A DNA stretch of 64,000 nucleotides from an uncultured Christensenellaceae bacterium (GCA_910586905.1 CAJUIV010000006.1:7157-71156), one strand, 5' to 3'. Numbered from the stretch's first letter, positions 1 through 11,093 are shown. Notes: generated by a model not told the origin, from the letters alone. Translations and numbers: made by a program.

Positions 1-481
1 TAACTTCCACATCCAATTCGTTAATTATTTTTGCAATTTCGTCGGCGTTGGAAATACCGCAATCGACGGTAATTATCAAATCGTAATAATTGCGTTCGAA
101 CGCACGCAAAATCTTATCTGCGTGTAAACCGTATCCCTCGTCGCGGTTAGGAATTACGACTGTATTCTCGATACCGTTATCCGTAAAAAATAACGATAAT
201 ATACTGCTTGCTGTCAATCCGTCGGCATCGTAATCTCCGTAAATCAAAACGCTACCGCCGCTTTCCATCACATAAGAAATAGTTTCCACCGCTTCGCTCA
301 TATTTTGCATATCAAAAGGCGAATGAAAACACGTTTTATTGTTAAAGCAGACTTCGTAATCGTCGGGTGTAAAATCGCGTGCGGCAAGCATTTCCGCAAA
401 ATAAGACGGCATTCCTTTTTCTTCGAAATATTTTGTTTTTATTGCGTCCTTAATTTCTCGCTTGACATATTTAGGTTTCAT
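1..481 (-). CDS. recJ: Single-stranded-DNA-specific exonuclease RecJ, N-terminal part (3' end lies outside the window)
   Basis: Not in the ORF track. Hand translation of the minus strand from ATG at 481 gives MKPKYVKREIKD...SVLIYGDYDADGLTASSIL...ITVDCGIS. These are DHH-family motifs (DYDADG, VDCG). Its position next to a SecD/F-like gene matches Bacillus. Confidence 0.8.
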   Translation of the reverse strand, partial: MKPKYVKREIKDAIKTKYFEEKGMPSYFAEMLAARDFTPDDYEVCFNNKTCFHSPFDMQNMSEAVETISYVMESGGSVLIYGDYDADGLTASSILSLFFTDNGIENTVVIPNRDEGYGLHADKILRAFERNYYDLIITVDCGISNADEIAKIINELDVEV

Positions 482-504
482 AATTTAAAATCTCTTATAA
501 ATGC

Positions 505-534
505 CGACAGCCTTCTAAAATTAGAAGGCTGTCG
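505..534 (-). terminator. Hairpin downstream of the SecD/F-like gene
   Basis: Perfect 12-bp inverted repeat cgacagccttct / agaaggctgtcg with a 6-nt loop, between the SecD/F-like stop (555) and the recJ start (481). Confidence 0.55.
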
Positions 535-554
535 TTATGATTGACTTTGGCAAA

Positions 555-1817
555 TTATTTTTTAGCAGATACTTTAGCCGTAGATTCATTAAAAGGCGCA
601 ACCATAAGAGAAAACAGTCTGTTCAGTCCGAACGTTGCGGCAAAAGACAATACTGCGCCGTACACCATAACGCATCCTAACGGAGCCGTTACCGCAGTAG
701 GAATTACCCAAAGTACGATTCCTAAAACCAAAAACGCCGCGTGAGCTATCAGATTGACTTTTAACGTATCGGCAAAACCTTTGTACATCGATGCGTTAAA
801 AGTTTTGCTTTCGCTGTATTTACGTATTTTTTCAAACGTAAATACGGTAAAGAACGTCATAAACAAATACGCCAAAGCGACGCCGATAGCGGCAAATATA
901 TTGAACATCGGAATAAATACCAGTCCGGCAAAATACATAAAGATTACTATCGCTATCAACTGAGACAATACTCCGGCAAGCCCCAACGTCTTGTAACGTA
1001 CCGCAAAGAAAATAAAGCTGGCTAATACTATAACACCCATTACGACGCTAAAAATCCAACCCAAACCGTTTTCGGTTTCCGTCGTGTCGTTTAATGTAAG
1101 TTCAGCACCTAAAACGCCTGTTTTTATATAACTGGCAACTACTTTACTGTTTTCCTTGGATTGAGAATAAAGCTGTAACGTACTGTTAGTATAAACCGCA
1201 GTACCAACCAAAGTTTCATCAATAGCATACAAATATTGAGTACCGGCATTCAAAACTTTATCTGCAATCTTCGTTCCTTCGGAAGTCAGCTTGACTTCGC
1301 AAATATAAAACGTATTACCCGATTGAATATAACTTTGAGTTCTTGCTTTACGGAAATGCTCCGCCTTTAAAACGACGCTATCGGAATCGTAAGTAGCGTT
1401 TTGAGAATAGGCAGTACTAAGTAATTCAACGTTGCCTTTTCTCGTAACGTTATTCAAAATCGTCGTTGCAGTCGGCTTTTCGGAAGAATCACCGCTTTCT
1501 ACGGTTTTAGGAACGGCAATAGTCGTAACATCGTCTTTAACGTTAATATCAACGCTATAATATCCGTAAATTTGTTCCAATCTGGAATTTATAATCTTTT
1601 GTACGTTGGAAATCTCCGCGCCTTCGTCTAACTTGGTATAATAAGTAGCGTTAACGGTATCCGTAAACATACCGCTGCGTTGAATCAATTTATAAGGAGA
1701 ATAAAAAACGTTATAATCTCCGAATTCAAGTCCATCAGGTATAAAAGCAAATACGCCGAAAAACAGTACTACTACCGTAATTAAGCTTAATAAAATGACG
1801 GACGTTCTCTTTGTCAT
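555..1817 (-). CDS. SecD/SecF-family protein-export membrane protein (single 6-TM unit)
   Basis: 420 aa. Topology is an N-terminal TM, a ~230-aa extracytoplasmic domain, then 5 C-terminal TMs, as in SecD. SD caaggagg lies upstream of the ATG. Flanked by recJ and yajC/tgt as in the Bacillus secDF locus. The TM4 motif is degenerate (FEKIRKY). Confidence 0.6.
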   Translation of the reverse strand: MTKRTSVILLSLITVVVLFFGVFAFIPDGLEFGDYNVFYSPYKLIQRSGMFTDTVNATYYTKLDEGAEISNVQKIINSRLEQIYGYYSVDINVKDDVTTIAVPKTVESGDSSEKPTATTILNNVTRKGNVELLSTAYSQNATYDSDSVVLKAEHFRKARTQSYIQSGNTFYICEVKLTSEGTKIADKVLNAGTQYLYAIDETLVGTAVYTNSTLQLYSQSKENSKVVASYIKTGVLGAELTLNDTTETENGLGWIFSVVMGVIVLASFIFFAVRYKTLGLAGVLSQLIAIVIFMYFAGLVFIPMFNIFAAIGVALAYLFMTFFTVFTFEKIRKYSESKTFNASMYKGFADTLKVNLIAHAAFLVLGIVLWVIPTAVTAPLGCVMVYGAVLSFAATFGLNRLFSLMVAPFNESTAKVSAKK

Positions 1818-1855
1818 TGTGAGCCTCCTTGAGTTTTGCCTAACTTAACCACTCT

Positions 1856-1884
1856 ATTATAATAGCACTTGCAAAAATAGTCAA
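1856..1884 (-). promoter_or_regulatory. Sigma-A type promoter for the SecD/F-like gene
   Basis: Minus strand reads TTGACT, a 17-nt spacer, then TATAAT, about 40 nt upstream of the ATG. Confidence 0.5.
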
Positions 1885-2165
1885 ATACTTTTATGTTTTT
1901 TTCATTATCTATTGCATTATTATATAATTATTACAAGATGCAGAATAAAGATTTTCAGTTGCAACAGTATTTAAAACTTTTTAAACGTAACGCGCAATAC
2001 TGATAAAAATTTGACAACCGAACCAAACCGTATGCTTTCAAATTCAGCTTTAATTGTACGGCAATCGGCGAAAACTATCGTTCAAAATCACTAAATGATA
2101 CTTAAGCGAAAAATTATTGTTTAAAACCGAGAAAGAACAATCGACATTATTACCGATACTAATAT

Positions 2166-2196
2166 AAAAAAACGACTTAAAATTTAAGTCGTTTTT
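2166..2196 (-). terminator. Hairpin terminator after the small membrane protein gene
   Basis: aaaaaacgacttaaa / tttaagtcgttttt inverted repeat with A/T runs on both sides. Confidence 0.6.
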
Positions 2197-2220
2197 AAAA
2201 TCTTATTTATGCGTTTAAAA

Positions 2221-2595
2221 TTAAGCTGCTCTACGGCTTTTGATAAGAGCTACTACGACGGAAACTACAAGCGCCAATCCCAAATCCAATGCAATCTGCC
2301 AAAAGTTGAATTGACCTCCCATAATAGCGAAAAGAGCAAACGATAACCCCCAAAATAACACCGCTCCTATGATTGCTTTCAATAAAAACTTCTCGTCTTT
2401 TAAAGAAATAATCATACCTATAGTAACGGCAATAACTTTTAACACTTGGTTTATTATCGGCAAAACGTTATCGCCAATATTGCATAGTTTGGCAATCAGT
2501 GCCAAAAGTAAAACCCCTATACAAGAAAAAACCAACGACAGTACTCCCGCTTTTAACGATTGCAATATAGTATTTTTTCTTACGCTTGCATCCAT
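2221..2595 (-). CDS. Small 4-TM membrane protein (YrzE/TIGR04086-like by position)
   Basis: 124 aa, four hydrophobic segments, SD ggagg 7 nt upstream. It occupies the slot between yajC and secDF where Bacillus has yrzE. The family assignment rests on synteny only. Confidence 0.45.
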   Translation of the reverse strand: MDASVRKNTILQSLKAGVLSLVFSCIGVLLLALIAKLCNIGDNVLPIINQVLKVIAVTIGMIISLKDEKFLLKAIIGAVLFWGLSFALFAIMGGQFNFWQIALDLGLALVVSVVVALIKSRRAA

Positions 2596-2651
2596 AAAAA
2601 TACCTCCGAATATACTAAATTATATTCGAAGGCATTGATTATTATTACATA

Positions 2652-3050
2652 TTATTTAATTTCATCAATTTCGTCGGCTTTATCTTTTTCGGCTTTTTCT
2701 TCCGCTACCGCTTCGGGAGAACCCGGCGCCGGAGCTATAGAATGTATCGCCTGACGAACGAATTGCATAGTAGTTTTATTGTCTCCTACGCCCGTTAAAA
2801 GCCAAATATGTTTATCGTCTAATTCTACAACCTCTCCGACTATTCCGCCGATAGTAGTAACTATACTGCCGACTGTAAGTTTAGACATCATTTCCTCGTT
2901 ACGTTTTTTTTGTTTTCGCTGAGGAATAATCATCATCAAAACCATACCGACAATCAATACTCCGCCGATAACCCAAATCAGCCAATTATTACCCGCGCCG
3001 GCATTTTCGCTTACTTCAGGCTCGAAAAAATTAAGTAATTGAAACAACAT
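2652..3050 (-). CDS. yajC: Preprotein translocase subunit YajC
   Basis: Single TM followed by IIPQRKQKKR...VGSIVTTIGGIVGEVVELDD, which is YajC-like. SD aaggag. Downstream of tgt as in Firmicutes. Confidence 0.8.
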   Translation of the reverse strand: MLFQLLNFFEPEVSENAGAGNNWLIWVIGGVLIVGMVLMMIIPQRKQKKRNEEMMSKLTVGSIVTTIGGIVGEVVELDDKHIWLLTGVGDNKTTMQFVRQAIHSIAPAPGSPEAVAEEKAEKDKADEIDEIK

Positions 3051-3180
3051 TGTATATCTCCTTTATGCAATCCGCAACGCGGATTTAACACGCATTCTTT
3101 TATATAGTTATTATATATTACACAAACGAAAAATGCAATAGAATATTAAAGAAAGTATTTCAATCTTATTTAAGATTTAT

Positions 3181-4320
<1,140 letters not shown>

Positions 4321-4471
4321 TTACACTTTAACGTTGTTTCCGTATTATTTACGAGATTAAAACGCGATATGATTATAACCGAGAAAGACGAATGCGCCAA
4401 TAAAATCCGAAGAAATCTAACTTAATATCGTTTGACAAAAAGTCATCTTGCGCAACGTCGTAATTCTAAGG

Positions 4472-5494
4472 TTACAATACCATCATCGCGTCGCCGAAAG
4501 AAAAGAAACGGTACTTTTCGTCAACGGCAGTTTTATAAACGTCAAGTATTTCTTCACGGCTACACAGCGCCGAAACCAACATTATAAGAGTGCTTTCCGG
4601 CAAATGGAAGTTGGTTATCAAACTATCCGTCACTTTAAACTTATAAGGAGGATAAATAAAAATCTCGGTATTTCCGCTGCATTCCGTTAAACGTCCTTGA
4701 CTGTCAGAGGCGCTTTCAAGCGTTCTGACGCTTGTTGTACCCACGCATATTATCCGCCGCCCTTCTGCCTTTGCCTTGTTTATTGCTTCGGCAGCGCTTG
4801 CGGAAACCGAATAAAATTCGCTATGCATATGATGATTTTCAACGTCGTCGACTTTTACGGGACGAAACGTACCCAGCCCGACGTGTAGCAGCACTTCGAC
4901 GAATTCGACCCCTTTAACTTTTATCTTTTCTATTAGTTCCTCGGTAAAATGTAAACCGGCAGTCGGCGCGGCGGCAGAGCCGTCTACTTTGGAATATACC
5001 GTATTATAGCGGCTTTTGTCATTCAATTTTTCTTTAATATACGGAGGTAGCGGCATTTCGCCCAGTTCTGCCAAAATCGTTTCAAATACCCCGTCGTAAA
5101 TAAACTCAACTATGCGGCTTCCGTCTTCGCAGACATTTTCAACGCGCGCTTTCAATTTATCTCCGAAACAGAAAACCGCACCTATTTTGGCGATTCTGCC
5201 GGGTTTTAAAATTACTTCCCAATGCGTCATATCAATACGCTTTAAAAGCAAAAACTCTATCTTGCCGCCCGTGCTTTCTTTACGTCCGTATATGCGTGCC
5301 GGCAACACCTTGGTGTTGTTTACGACCAAAACGTCGCCTTTTTTTAAATAGTCGATTATATCGCAAAAACGTTTATGTTCAATAGTTTTATCTTTGCGAT
5401 TGTACACAAGCAGTCTCGAGCAATCGCGCGGTTCGACGGGCGTTTGAGCAATAAGTTCTTGGGGCAAATCATAGTAAAAATCACTTGTTTTCAT
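4472..5494 (-). CDS. queA: S-adenosylmethionine:tRNA ribosyltransferase-isomerase
   Basis: [17 protein letters not shown]...PLPPYI...TAGLHFT is diagnostic of QueA. Adjacent to tgt. Confidence 0.95.
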   Translation of the reverse strand: MKTSDFYYDLPQELIAQTPVEPRDCSRLLVYNRKDKTIEHKRFCDIIDYLKKGDVLVVNNTKVLPARIYGRKESTGGKIEFLLLKRIDMTHWEVILKPGRIAKIGAVFCFGDKLKARVENVCEDGSRIVEFIYDGVFETILAELGEMPLPPYIKEKLNDKSRYNTVYSKVDGSAAAPTAGLHFTEELIEKIKVKGVEFVEVLLHVGLGTFRPVKVDDVENHHMHSEFYSVSASAAEAINKAKAEGRRIICVGTTSVRTLESASDSQGRLTECSGNTEIFIYPPYKFKVTDSLITNFHLPESTLIMLVSALCSREEILDVYKTAVDEKYRFFSFGDAMMVL

Positions 5495-6536
5495 TTTGTT
5501 CTTCTTCGTCTATATAAATCGATAATGCTTCCAAACGCTCTTTGGATATTTTCTTATTTAAATGTTTATATGCGTTAGGCATACAAATTCGTCCTCTGGG
5601 AGTACGCGCTATAAAACCAAGCTGCATAAGATACGGCTCATAAACGTCTTCTATAGTCGCGGCGTCCTCGCCTGTTGCGGAAGCGAGAGTATCTATTCCC
5701 ACCGGACCTCCGCTGAATTTATCGATTATTGCCGTTAAAATATTCTTGTCTACGGCGTCCAGACCCAAAGAATCTACTTCCATAACGCTCATCGCATGTT
5801 TTGTAACGTCCGTAGTTATAATCCCGTTTCCCAATACTTCCGCAAAATCCCTAACGCGGCGAAGCAGCCTGTTTGCTATACGCGGCGTACCTCTGCTACG
5901 GCGAGCTATTTCGTAAGCGGCGTCGGATTCTATTTCTGCACCCAATTTACGGGCGGATTTAAGGACGATTTGCTTTAACTGTTCGGAGGAGTATAATACC
6001 AATCGCATCTGCATACCGAATCTGTCGCGAAGAGGAGCGGCAAGATTTCCGGCTTTCGTAGTTGCGCCGATTAAAGTAAATTTTTCCAATTTGATATTTA
6101 CGCTCGTCGCGCTGGGACCTTTTCCTACTACGAAGTCCAAACGATAATCTTCCATTGCAGGATAAAGTATTTCTTCAAGACTGCTGCTTAAACGATGAAT
6201 TTCGTCTATAAACAAGACTTCACCGGGTTTTAGTTTTGAAAGTATTGCCGACAAATCGAATTTACTGGGAATTGCCGAACCGCTTGTTATTGTTATGGGA
6301 ACGCCCATTTCGTTTGCAATAATATGCGCGAGAGTGGTTTTACCAAGCCCCGGAGGACCGTACAGTAATACGTGGTCAAGACTTTCACCGCGCGATAACG
6401 CCGCCTTTATATAGACGGATAAATTTTGTTTGACTTTTTCTTGTCCGACGTAATCGGGAAAAGATTTCGGACGTAAAATATTTTCCGTATCTCTTTCTTT
6501 TTCCGTCAGCGTACTTGTAAAAAACTGTTGTTCCAT
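5481..6536 (-). CDS. ruvB: Holliday junction DNA helicase RuvB
   Basis: Walker [37 protein letters not shown]. Its 3' end overlaps the queA start by 14 nt. Confidence 0.95.
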   Translation of the reverse strand: MEQQFFTSTLTEKERDTENILRPKSFPDYVGQEKVKQNLSVYIKAALSRGESLDHVLLYGPPGLGKTTLAHIIANEMGVPITITSGSAIPSKFDLSAILSKLKPGEVLFIDEIHRLSSSLEEILYPAMEDYRLDFVVGKGPSATSVNIKLEKFTLIGATTKAGNLAAPLRDRFGMQMRLVLYSSEQLKQIVLKSARKLGAEIESDAAYEIARRSRGTPRIANRLLRRVRDFAEVLGNGIITTDVTKHAMSVMEVDSLGLDAVDKNILTAIIDKFSGGPVGIDTLASATGEDAATIEDVYEPYLMQLGFIARTPRGRICMPNAYKHLNKKISKERLEALSIYIDEEEQNENK

Positions 6537-6545
6537 TTTTATACC

Positions 6546-7139
6546 TTAATTTATTCTAAAAGCCATATTGACAAGTTCTTCACACGTAGTTGCGCCCAGT
6601 TTGCCGGCGGCGTCTACAAGTCGTTCGGCTTCAGATTGACTTTTTCCCAGCGAACATAATATAGCGATTGCATTTTGCATTTCTTTTGTTAAAGGAACAT
6701 CCAGACTGTTTAAAATAGGAATATTTACTTCGCTCGCGTCTACGACGACTTTTTCTTTTAATTCTAGAACAAGTCTTTCGGCAGTTTTTTTGCCCAAACC
6801 TTTTATCTTGGTAAGCAAATGCGTATCGCCGTTGAATATAGCGATAGCAAGGCTATTACTATCCATTCCCGATAAAATTGCAAGAGCCACTTTACAACCT
6901 ACTCCCGAAACGGATATAAGACGCAAAAACATATTTTTTTCTTCAGTAGTCGCAAATCCGAACAAAGATATCCCGTCTTCTTTCACCTGCATATAAGTGT
7001 AAAGTTTTTGTTTCCGTCCGAGTTGACATTCTGCGACAGTAAAATTCGACACGGCCACGTCGTAACCTATACCGTTCACGTCTACAACAACGTTGCAGCC
7101 GTCTATCTCCACTATTTCTCCGTTTAAATAATTGTACAT
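6546..7139 (-). CDS. ruvA: Holliday junction DNA helicase RuvA
   Basis: MYNYLNGEI...GIGYDV...LISVSGVGCKVALAILS...GLGKKTAERL (HhH motifs). Immediately upstream of ruvB. Confidence 0.9.
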   Translation of the reverse strand: MYNYLNGEIVEIDGCNVVVDVNGIGYDVAVSNFTVAECQLGRKQKLYTYMQVKEDGISLFGFATTEEKNMFLRLISVSGVGCKVALAILSGMDSNSLAIAIFNGDTHLLTKIKGLGKKTAERLVLELKEKVVVDASEVNIPILNSLDVPLTKEMQNAIAILCSLGKSQSEAERLVDAAGKLGATTCEELVNMAFRIN

Positions 7140-7152
7140 ATTAACACCTAAA

Positions 7153-7653
7153 CTATTTTATATAGAATTTATCCGTAAAACCGCCTGTTTGCACGTGAGT
7201 TAACGCAACAGCCAAAGCATCGGCGGCGTCGTCCGGTTTGGGCGTTTTAACCAAATCGAGATAAATTCTCACCATCTCTTGAATTTGCTTTTTATCAGCT
7301 CTGCCGTAACCGGTCATAGCCTGCTTTATTTGCAAAGGGGTATACTCGTACAGCTTACCGCAAGCGTGAACGGCTGCTAAAAGCAAAACGCCTCTCGCGT
7401 GAGACACGTTTATGCCCGTAGTAATATTGGTATTGAAAAACAATTCCTCTACGGCTATCTCGTCAGGTTTATATTTGTCAATCAACTCGGTTACGCCTTT
7501 ATATATCAAAGCTAACCGTACGGGAAAACTCTCGTCTTTAGGAGTGTTGATTACGCCGTAATCAACGACAGATTTACGATTAAAACCCTCGTAATCCAGC
7601 ACTCCGTAACCTACTATCGCAAGCCCGGGGTCAAAACCGATAACTCTTTTCAT
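7153..7653 (-). CDS. ruvC: Crossover junction endodeoxyribonuclease RuvC
   Basis: MKRVIGFDPGLAIVGYGV...AVEELFF...QIKQAMTGYGRADKKQ...DAADALAVAL. I chose the ATG at 7653 (SD gaggt) over the longer ORF. Confidence 0.9.
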   Translation of the reverse strand: MKRVIGFDPGLAIVGYGVLDYEGFNRKSVVDYGVINTPKDESFPVRLALIYKGVTELIDKYKPDEIAVEELFFNTNITTGINVSHARGVLLLAAVHACGKLYEYTPLQIKQAMTGYGRADKKQIQEMVRIYLDLVKTPKPDDAADALAVALTHVQTGGFTDKFYIK

Positions 7654-7849
7654 AAGTGAAATTACCTCGTATAAAGCATATAGCAAATATCGTTAAAAGT
7701 CAAGCGTAAGCCTAAAAGTGCAAACGCAAAAATCAGACAACGCTTGATTACGCCGACTGATAATACATTTTTCCGTTTAAACAAATTCGAATGTTAATAA
7801 TACTAATAATACAGTTGCCAGTATAACAAATCACCTTACCTATAAATAA

Positions 7850-8190
7850 CTAACGTAAAATCTTATTGCCTAAAAGTTTTTCAAACTCGTCTATACTGCC
7901 CTTGGTCAGCAAATTTTTTTGACGCACCCAGGAATCAGTTATATCTCCGTATTTAAATATAACATAATAGCATTCGCCCGCGTCTATAACCTTTCAACAT
8001 TTTTTATCTTCAAATCGATGTAAGAAATCGTAATTTGTTTTCCGCACACCGTAACGGTAGTTTCTTTCGTTAAATGAATCAGATAACAAATCTCAATTCT
8101 ACAGTTACGCAATACCTCGTCAGTATCAAGATTATAATTACCATAACAAGCAGCACCGCAATAATAAACATTCATAAATTTCAAATACAA
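7850..8190 (-). pseudogene. Possible frameshifted small ORF (unknown function)
   Basis: The 68-aa ORF ends at ...KNVERL*. A second frame is open immediately after it for 45 codons (KVIDAGECYYVIFKYGDITDSWVRQKNLLTKGSIDEFEKLLGNKILR*). Adding one A to the run gttgaaagg would join the two frames. Confidence 0.3.
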
Positions 8191-8404
8191 AGAATAGAAA
8201 AAATCAAAAAAAATAGATAAAGGAATAATCGCGAATTAGTTATTTCTTTTCATTCTGCCGATTCTTACGCTTTCCAAAAATAATCCGCTAAACTCTAACA
8301 CCGCAAAATTTCCTTATATAAAACCATCAAATATTATTTTAATTTTACATTATGCAAAAAAAGAAAGTCAATACGCAGAAATAAAGTGAATTTATAAAAA
8401 TGTG

Positions 8405-8431
8405 TTGACAAAACGGGGGGGGTACTATAAT
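8405..8431 (+). promoter_or_regulatory. Promoter with a G8 homopolymer in the spacer
   Basis: TTGACA (8405-8410), a 15-nt spacer aaacGGGGGGGGtac, then TATAAT (8426-8431), about 30 nt upstream of the first zinc-ribbon gene. Confidence 0.55.
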
Positions 8432-8462
8432 AGTATTATACTTAATTTAAAAGGAGAACAAG

Positions 8463-8882
8463 ATGAAATACTGCGAACACTGCGGCGCCGAAGTAGACGA
8501 ACAAGCCGTCATATGCGTTAAATGCGGCTGCGCGATTAAACCGGAGGCAAACAAGAACAGCAACAACGGTTTGTTATTGGGCGCAAAAGTACTGATGATA
8601 GTATCGTGCGTTCTGACTCCCAGCATAGGAATTTTTATAGGCATCTTTGCAATGTTAGGCTTTACCGCCGCAATCGGCGCCGCGGGCGCCGGAGTAGTTA
8701 TATGTATAATATACATGATAATGCTGTGTACTCCACTCGCATGGTGTTTACCTATGACGATTGTGCTTAGCCGTAAAATGAAAAATAACGAAACTATAGG
8801 AGTAGGTTTTAAAATTTGTACGCTTTTGTTCGTCAGTACGATAGCCGGCATTCTTCTGCTTTGCGCCGGAGATAATAATTGA
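8463..8882 (+). CDS. Zinc-ribbon N-terminus / multi-TM membrane protein, paralog 1
   Basis: 139 aa. MKYCEHCGAEV...CVKCGC (CxxC...CxxC) followed by hydrophobic segments. SD aaaggag. Shares PLAWC(L/I)PMT and FK(I)(C/L)TLLFV(S/N)TIAGIL(L/M)LC with the next gene. Confidence 0.7.
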   Translation: MKYCEHCGAEVDEQAVICVKCGCAIKPEANKNSNNGLLLGAKVLMIVSCVLTPSIGIFIGIFAMLGFTAAIGAAGAGVVICIIYMIMLCTPLAWCLPMTIVLSRKMKNNETIGVGFKICTLLFVSTIAGILLLCAGDNN

Positions 8883-8961
8883 AATTAAGCTCATCTTTTA
8901 CTTGATTGTTAGGATGACAATACAAATATTTAATTTGATAAGCTATTATTAAGAGGAAAAA

Positions 8962-9381
8962 ATGAAATACTGTGAACGTTGCAAAACCGAAGTTGACGAC
9001 GTTAATCTATTTTGTCCCAAATGCGGTTTTGCAGTTAAAGGAACTGTAGATACTCCCAATACACAAAACTCCGAAAGCTCAAAAAACTCATCAAACGGAT
9101 TGAGAACCGCAGCAAAAGTATTTATGGTTATCGGTACGGTTTTAACGCCGATAGTTATGTTTTTCAGTTCGATTTTGTCATTTCCGGAAATGAAAATGTT
9201 ACTTTGGAATTTAATTTTCGCCTTATTACCGTTGGCATGGTGTATTCCTATGACCGTACATTATTTTCACCAAGGAGACTACGTAGGGGTTAAATTTAAA
9301 ATTCTTACACTATTGTTCGTTAATACTATAGCAGGAATTTTGATGCTATGCGATAATAATTATCAGTATAAAAAATTCTGA
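8962..9381 (+). CDS. Zinc-ribbon N-terminus / multi-TM membrane protein, paralog 2
   Basis: Also 139 aa. MKYCERCKTEV...CPKCGF. SD aagagga. Tandem duplicate of 8463-8882. Confidence 0.7.
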   Translation: MKYCERCKTEVDDVNLFCPKCGFAVKGTVDTPNTQNSESSKNSSNGLRTAAKVFMVIGTVLTPIVMFFSSILSFPEMKMLLWNLIFALLPLAWCIPMTVHYFHQGDYVGVKFKILTLLFVNTIAGILMLCDNNYQYKKF

Positions 9382-9398
9382 TTTTACTCAAATAAACG

Positions 9399-9435
9399 AA
9401 AAGCGGCGATAGATAAACCTCGCCGCTTTTGATTT
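9399..9435 (+). terminator. Intrinsic terminator of the zinc-ribbon gene pair
   Basis: aaaagcggcga / tcgccgctttt hairpin followed by a T-rich stretch. Confidence 0.7.
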
Positions 9436-9598
9436 GACATTAAAACAATAACTTTTTTACAAATATGCACAAAACATTTTCAACACTACTCGATCGCCAT
9501 AGCGTAAATTCTCAAGTAACAATATACTAATTAACCGCTCCATGCTATAAAGTCTAAACTGATAATACTTTTACTCGCAACGTTTACGCGGTTATCAA

Positions 9599-10342
9599 TT
9601 ATTCCTCTTCGTCTTCGGGAAGCGCAACGTTATGATAAACGTTCTGAACGTCGTCGTTATCTTCCAAAACATCAAGCATTCGCTGAAATTTAGTCAAATT
9701 TTCTCCTTCAAGCGTAACTGTCGTTTGCGGAAGCCAACTCATTTCGGCAGATACAAGATTTAGACCTTTGCTTACAACCGCGTCGCGAACCGCGGCAAGA
9801 GCGGTTACTTCGCAAGTCATTTCCAAAACGCCTTCGTAAAGTTGAACGTCGTCCGCCCCGGCATCGATAGCAAGTTCAAACGCAGAATCTTCATCCAAAT
9901 TCTTTGTGTTTTCAGCAACTACTATACCGCGCCTATCAAACATATAACTTACGCAGTTGGTCTGTCCCAGACTTCCACCGTTTTTATCGAAAGCGCATCT
10001 CACGTCTCCTGCGGTGCGGTTTTTATTGTCTGTAAGACACTCGACTATGACCGCGCTGCCGCCGATTCCGTAACCTTCGTACATTATTTCAAAATAGTCG
10101 ACGGCGGACAATTCGCCGCTGGCTTTTTTTATACTGCGCGAAATATTATCGTTCGGCATATTGTTAGCTTTTGCTTTCTGTACTATGTCGTACAATTTAC
10201 TGTTCGTATCGGGATCCGGTCCGCCCGCTTTTACAGCAACGGCAATTTCACGGCCTATTTTAGTAAAAATTTTAGAACGGGCAGCGTCGCCTTTCGCTTT
10301 TTTATTTTTAATATTATTCCATTTGCTATGACCTGACATCAT
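9599..10342 (-). CDS. yebC: YebC/PmpR-family transcriptional regulator
   Basis: MSGHSKWNNIKNKKAKGDAARSKIFTK...YEGYG is the family signature. Confidence 0.9.
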   Translation of the reverse strand: MMSGHSKWNNIKNKKAKGDAARSKIFTKIGREIAVAVKAGGPDPDTNSKLYDIVQKAKANNMPNDNISRSIKKASGELSAVDYFEIMYEGYGIGGSAVIVECLTDNKNRTAGDVRCAFDKNGGSLGQTNCVSYMFDRRGIVVAENTKNLDEDSAFELAIDAGADDVQLYEGVLEMTCEVTALAAVRDAVVSKGLNLVSAEMSWLPQTTVTLEGENLTKFQRMLDVLEDNDDVQNVYHNVALPEDEEE

Positions 10343-10355
10343 TTACTCCTTTATA

Positions 10356-11093
10356 TCAAAATCTTTCAGAAAAAATTTTATACATTATTACGCTGCCTGC
10401 AACCGCCACGTTTAAAGACTCGAATTCTCCTGCCATAGGCAACGTTACCGCGCGATGACAATTCATTTTCGAATATTCGGACAAACCGTTTCCCTCGTTG
10501 CCGAGTACCAACGCTACTTTGCCGCTCGTCGATGATTTAAATACGTTTTCACCGTCTAAATCACACGCAATAATTTCACTATTACGCAAAGCTTCAAAAG
10601 TTTCTTCCAAACTGCCGCTTTCGTACAAATTCAAACAAAAATGTGCGGACATTGCGGATCGCAAAACTTTAGGCGAGTACAAATCCACCGAGTTAACCGC
10701 ATAAATATCGGTAAAACCGCAAGCGACAGCCGTACGAATAAGAGTACCCGCATTGCCGGGGTCTTGAACGCAATCTAAGACCAAAGCGTTGCTTCTGGGC
10801 GGTTTAAGCTCCGAAACGAATTTTTCCGCAACGGCCAAAACACCCTGACCGTTTACAGTATCGGATATTTTAGAAAATATTTTGTCCGAAACGATTACTT
10901 GATTATCGAAATTGTAATTTGACGCTATACTTTCTTTAACGAAGACCGACGTTATTTTTGCACCGTATTTGACAGCGTCGTTAACCAGTCTGATTCCTTC
11001 GATAATATAACGTCCGCACATACGACGGTATTTTTTATCGTATAATCTTTTTACTTCCGCAATCTTGGCGTTATCGAGCGACGTAATAACCAT
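10356..11093 (-). CDS. TrmH/SpoU-family RNA 2'-O-methyltransferase
   Basis: SpoU motifs (LDCVQDPGNAGTLIRTA, LVLGNEGNGLS, SLNVAVAGSV). I chose the ATG at 11093 (MVITSLDN) over the upstream TTG. Confidence 0.8.
   Translation of the reverse strand: MVITSLDNAKIAEVKRLYDKKYRRMCGRYIIEGIRLVNDAVKYGAKITSVFVKESIASNYNFDNQVIVSDKIFSKISDTVNGQGVLAVAEKFVSELKPPRSNALVLDCVQDPGNAGTLIRTAVACGFTDIYAVNSVDLYSPKVLRSAMSAHFCLNLYESGSLEETFEALRNSEIIACDLDGENVFKSSTSGKVALVLGNEGNGLSEYSKMNCHRAVTLPMAGEFESLNVAVAGSVIMYKIFSERF

Noticed and set aside
8447-8851. 134-aa antisense ORF opposite the first zinc-ribbon gene.
   Set aside because: It mirrors a hydrophobic coding region. The sense ORF has the SD, the promoter and a paralog.
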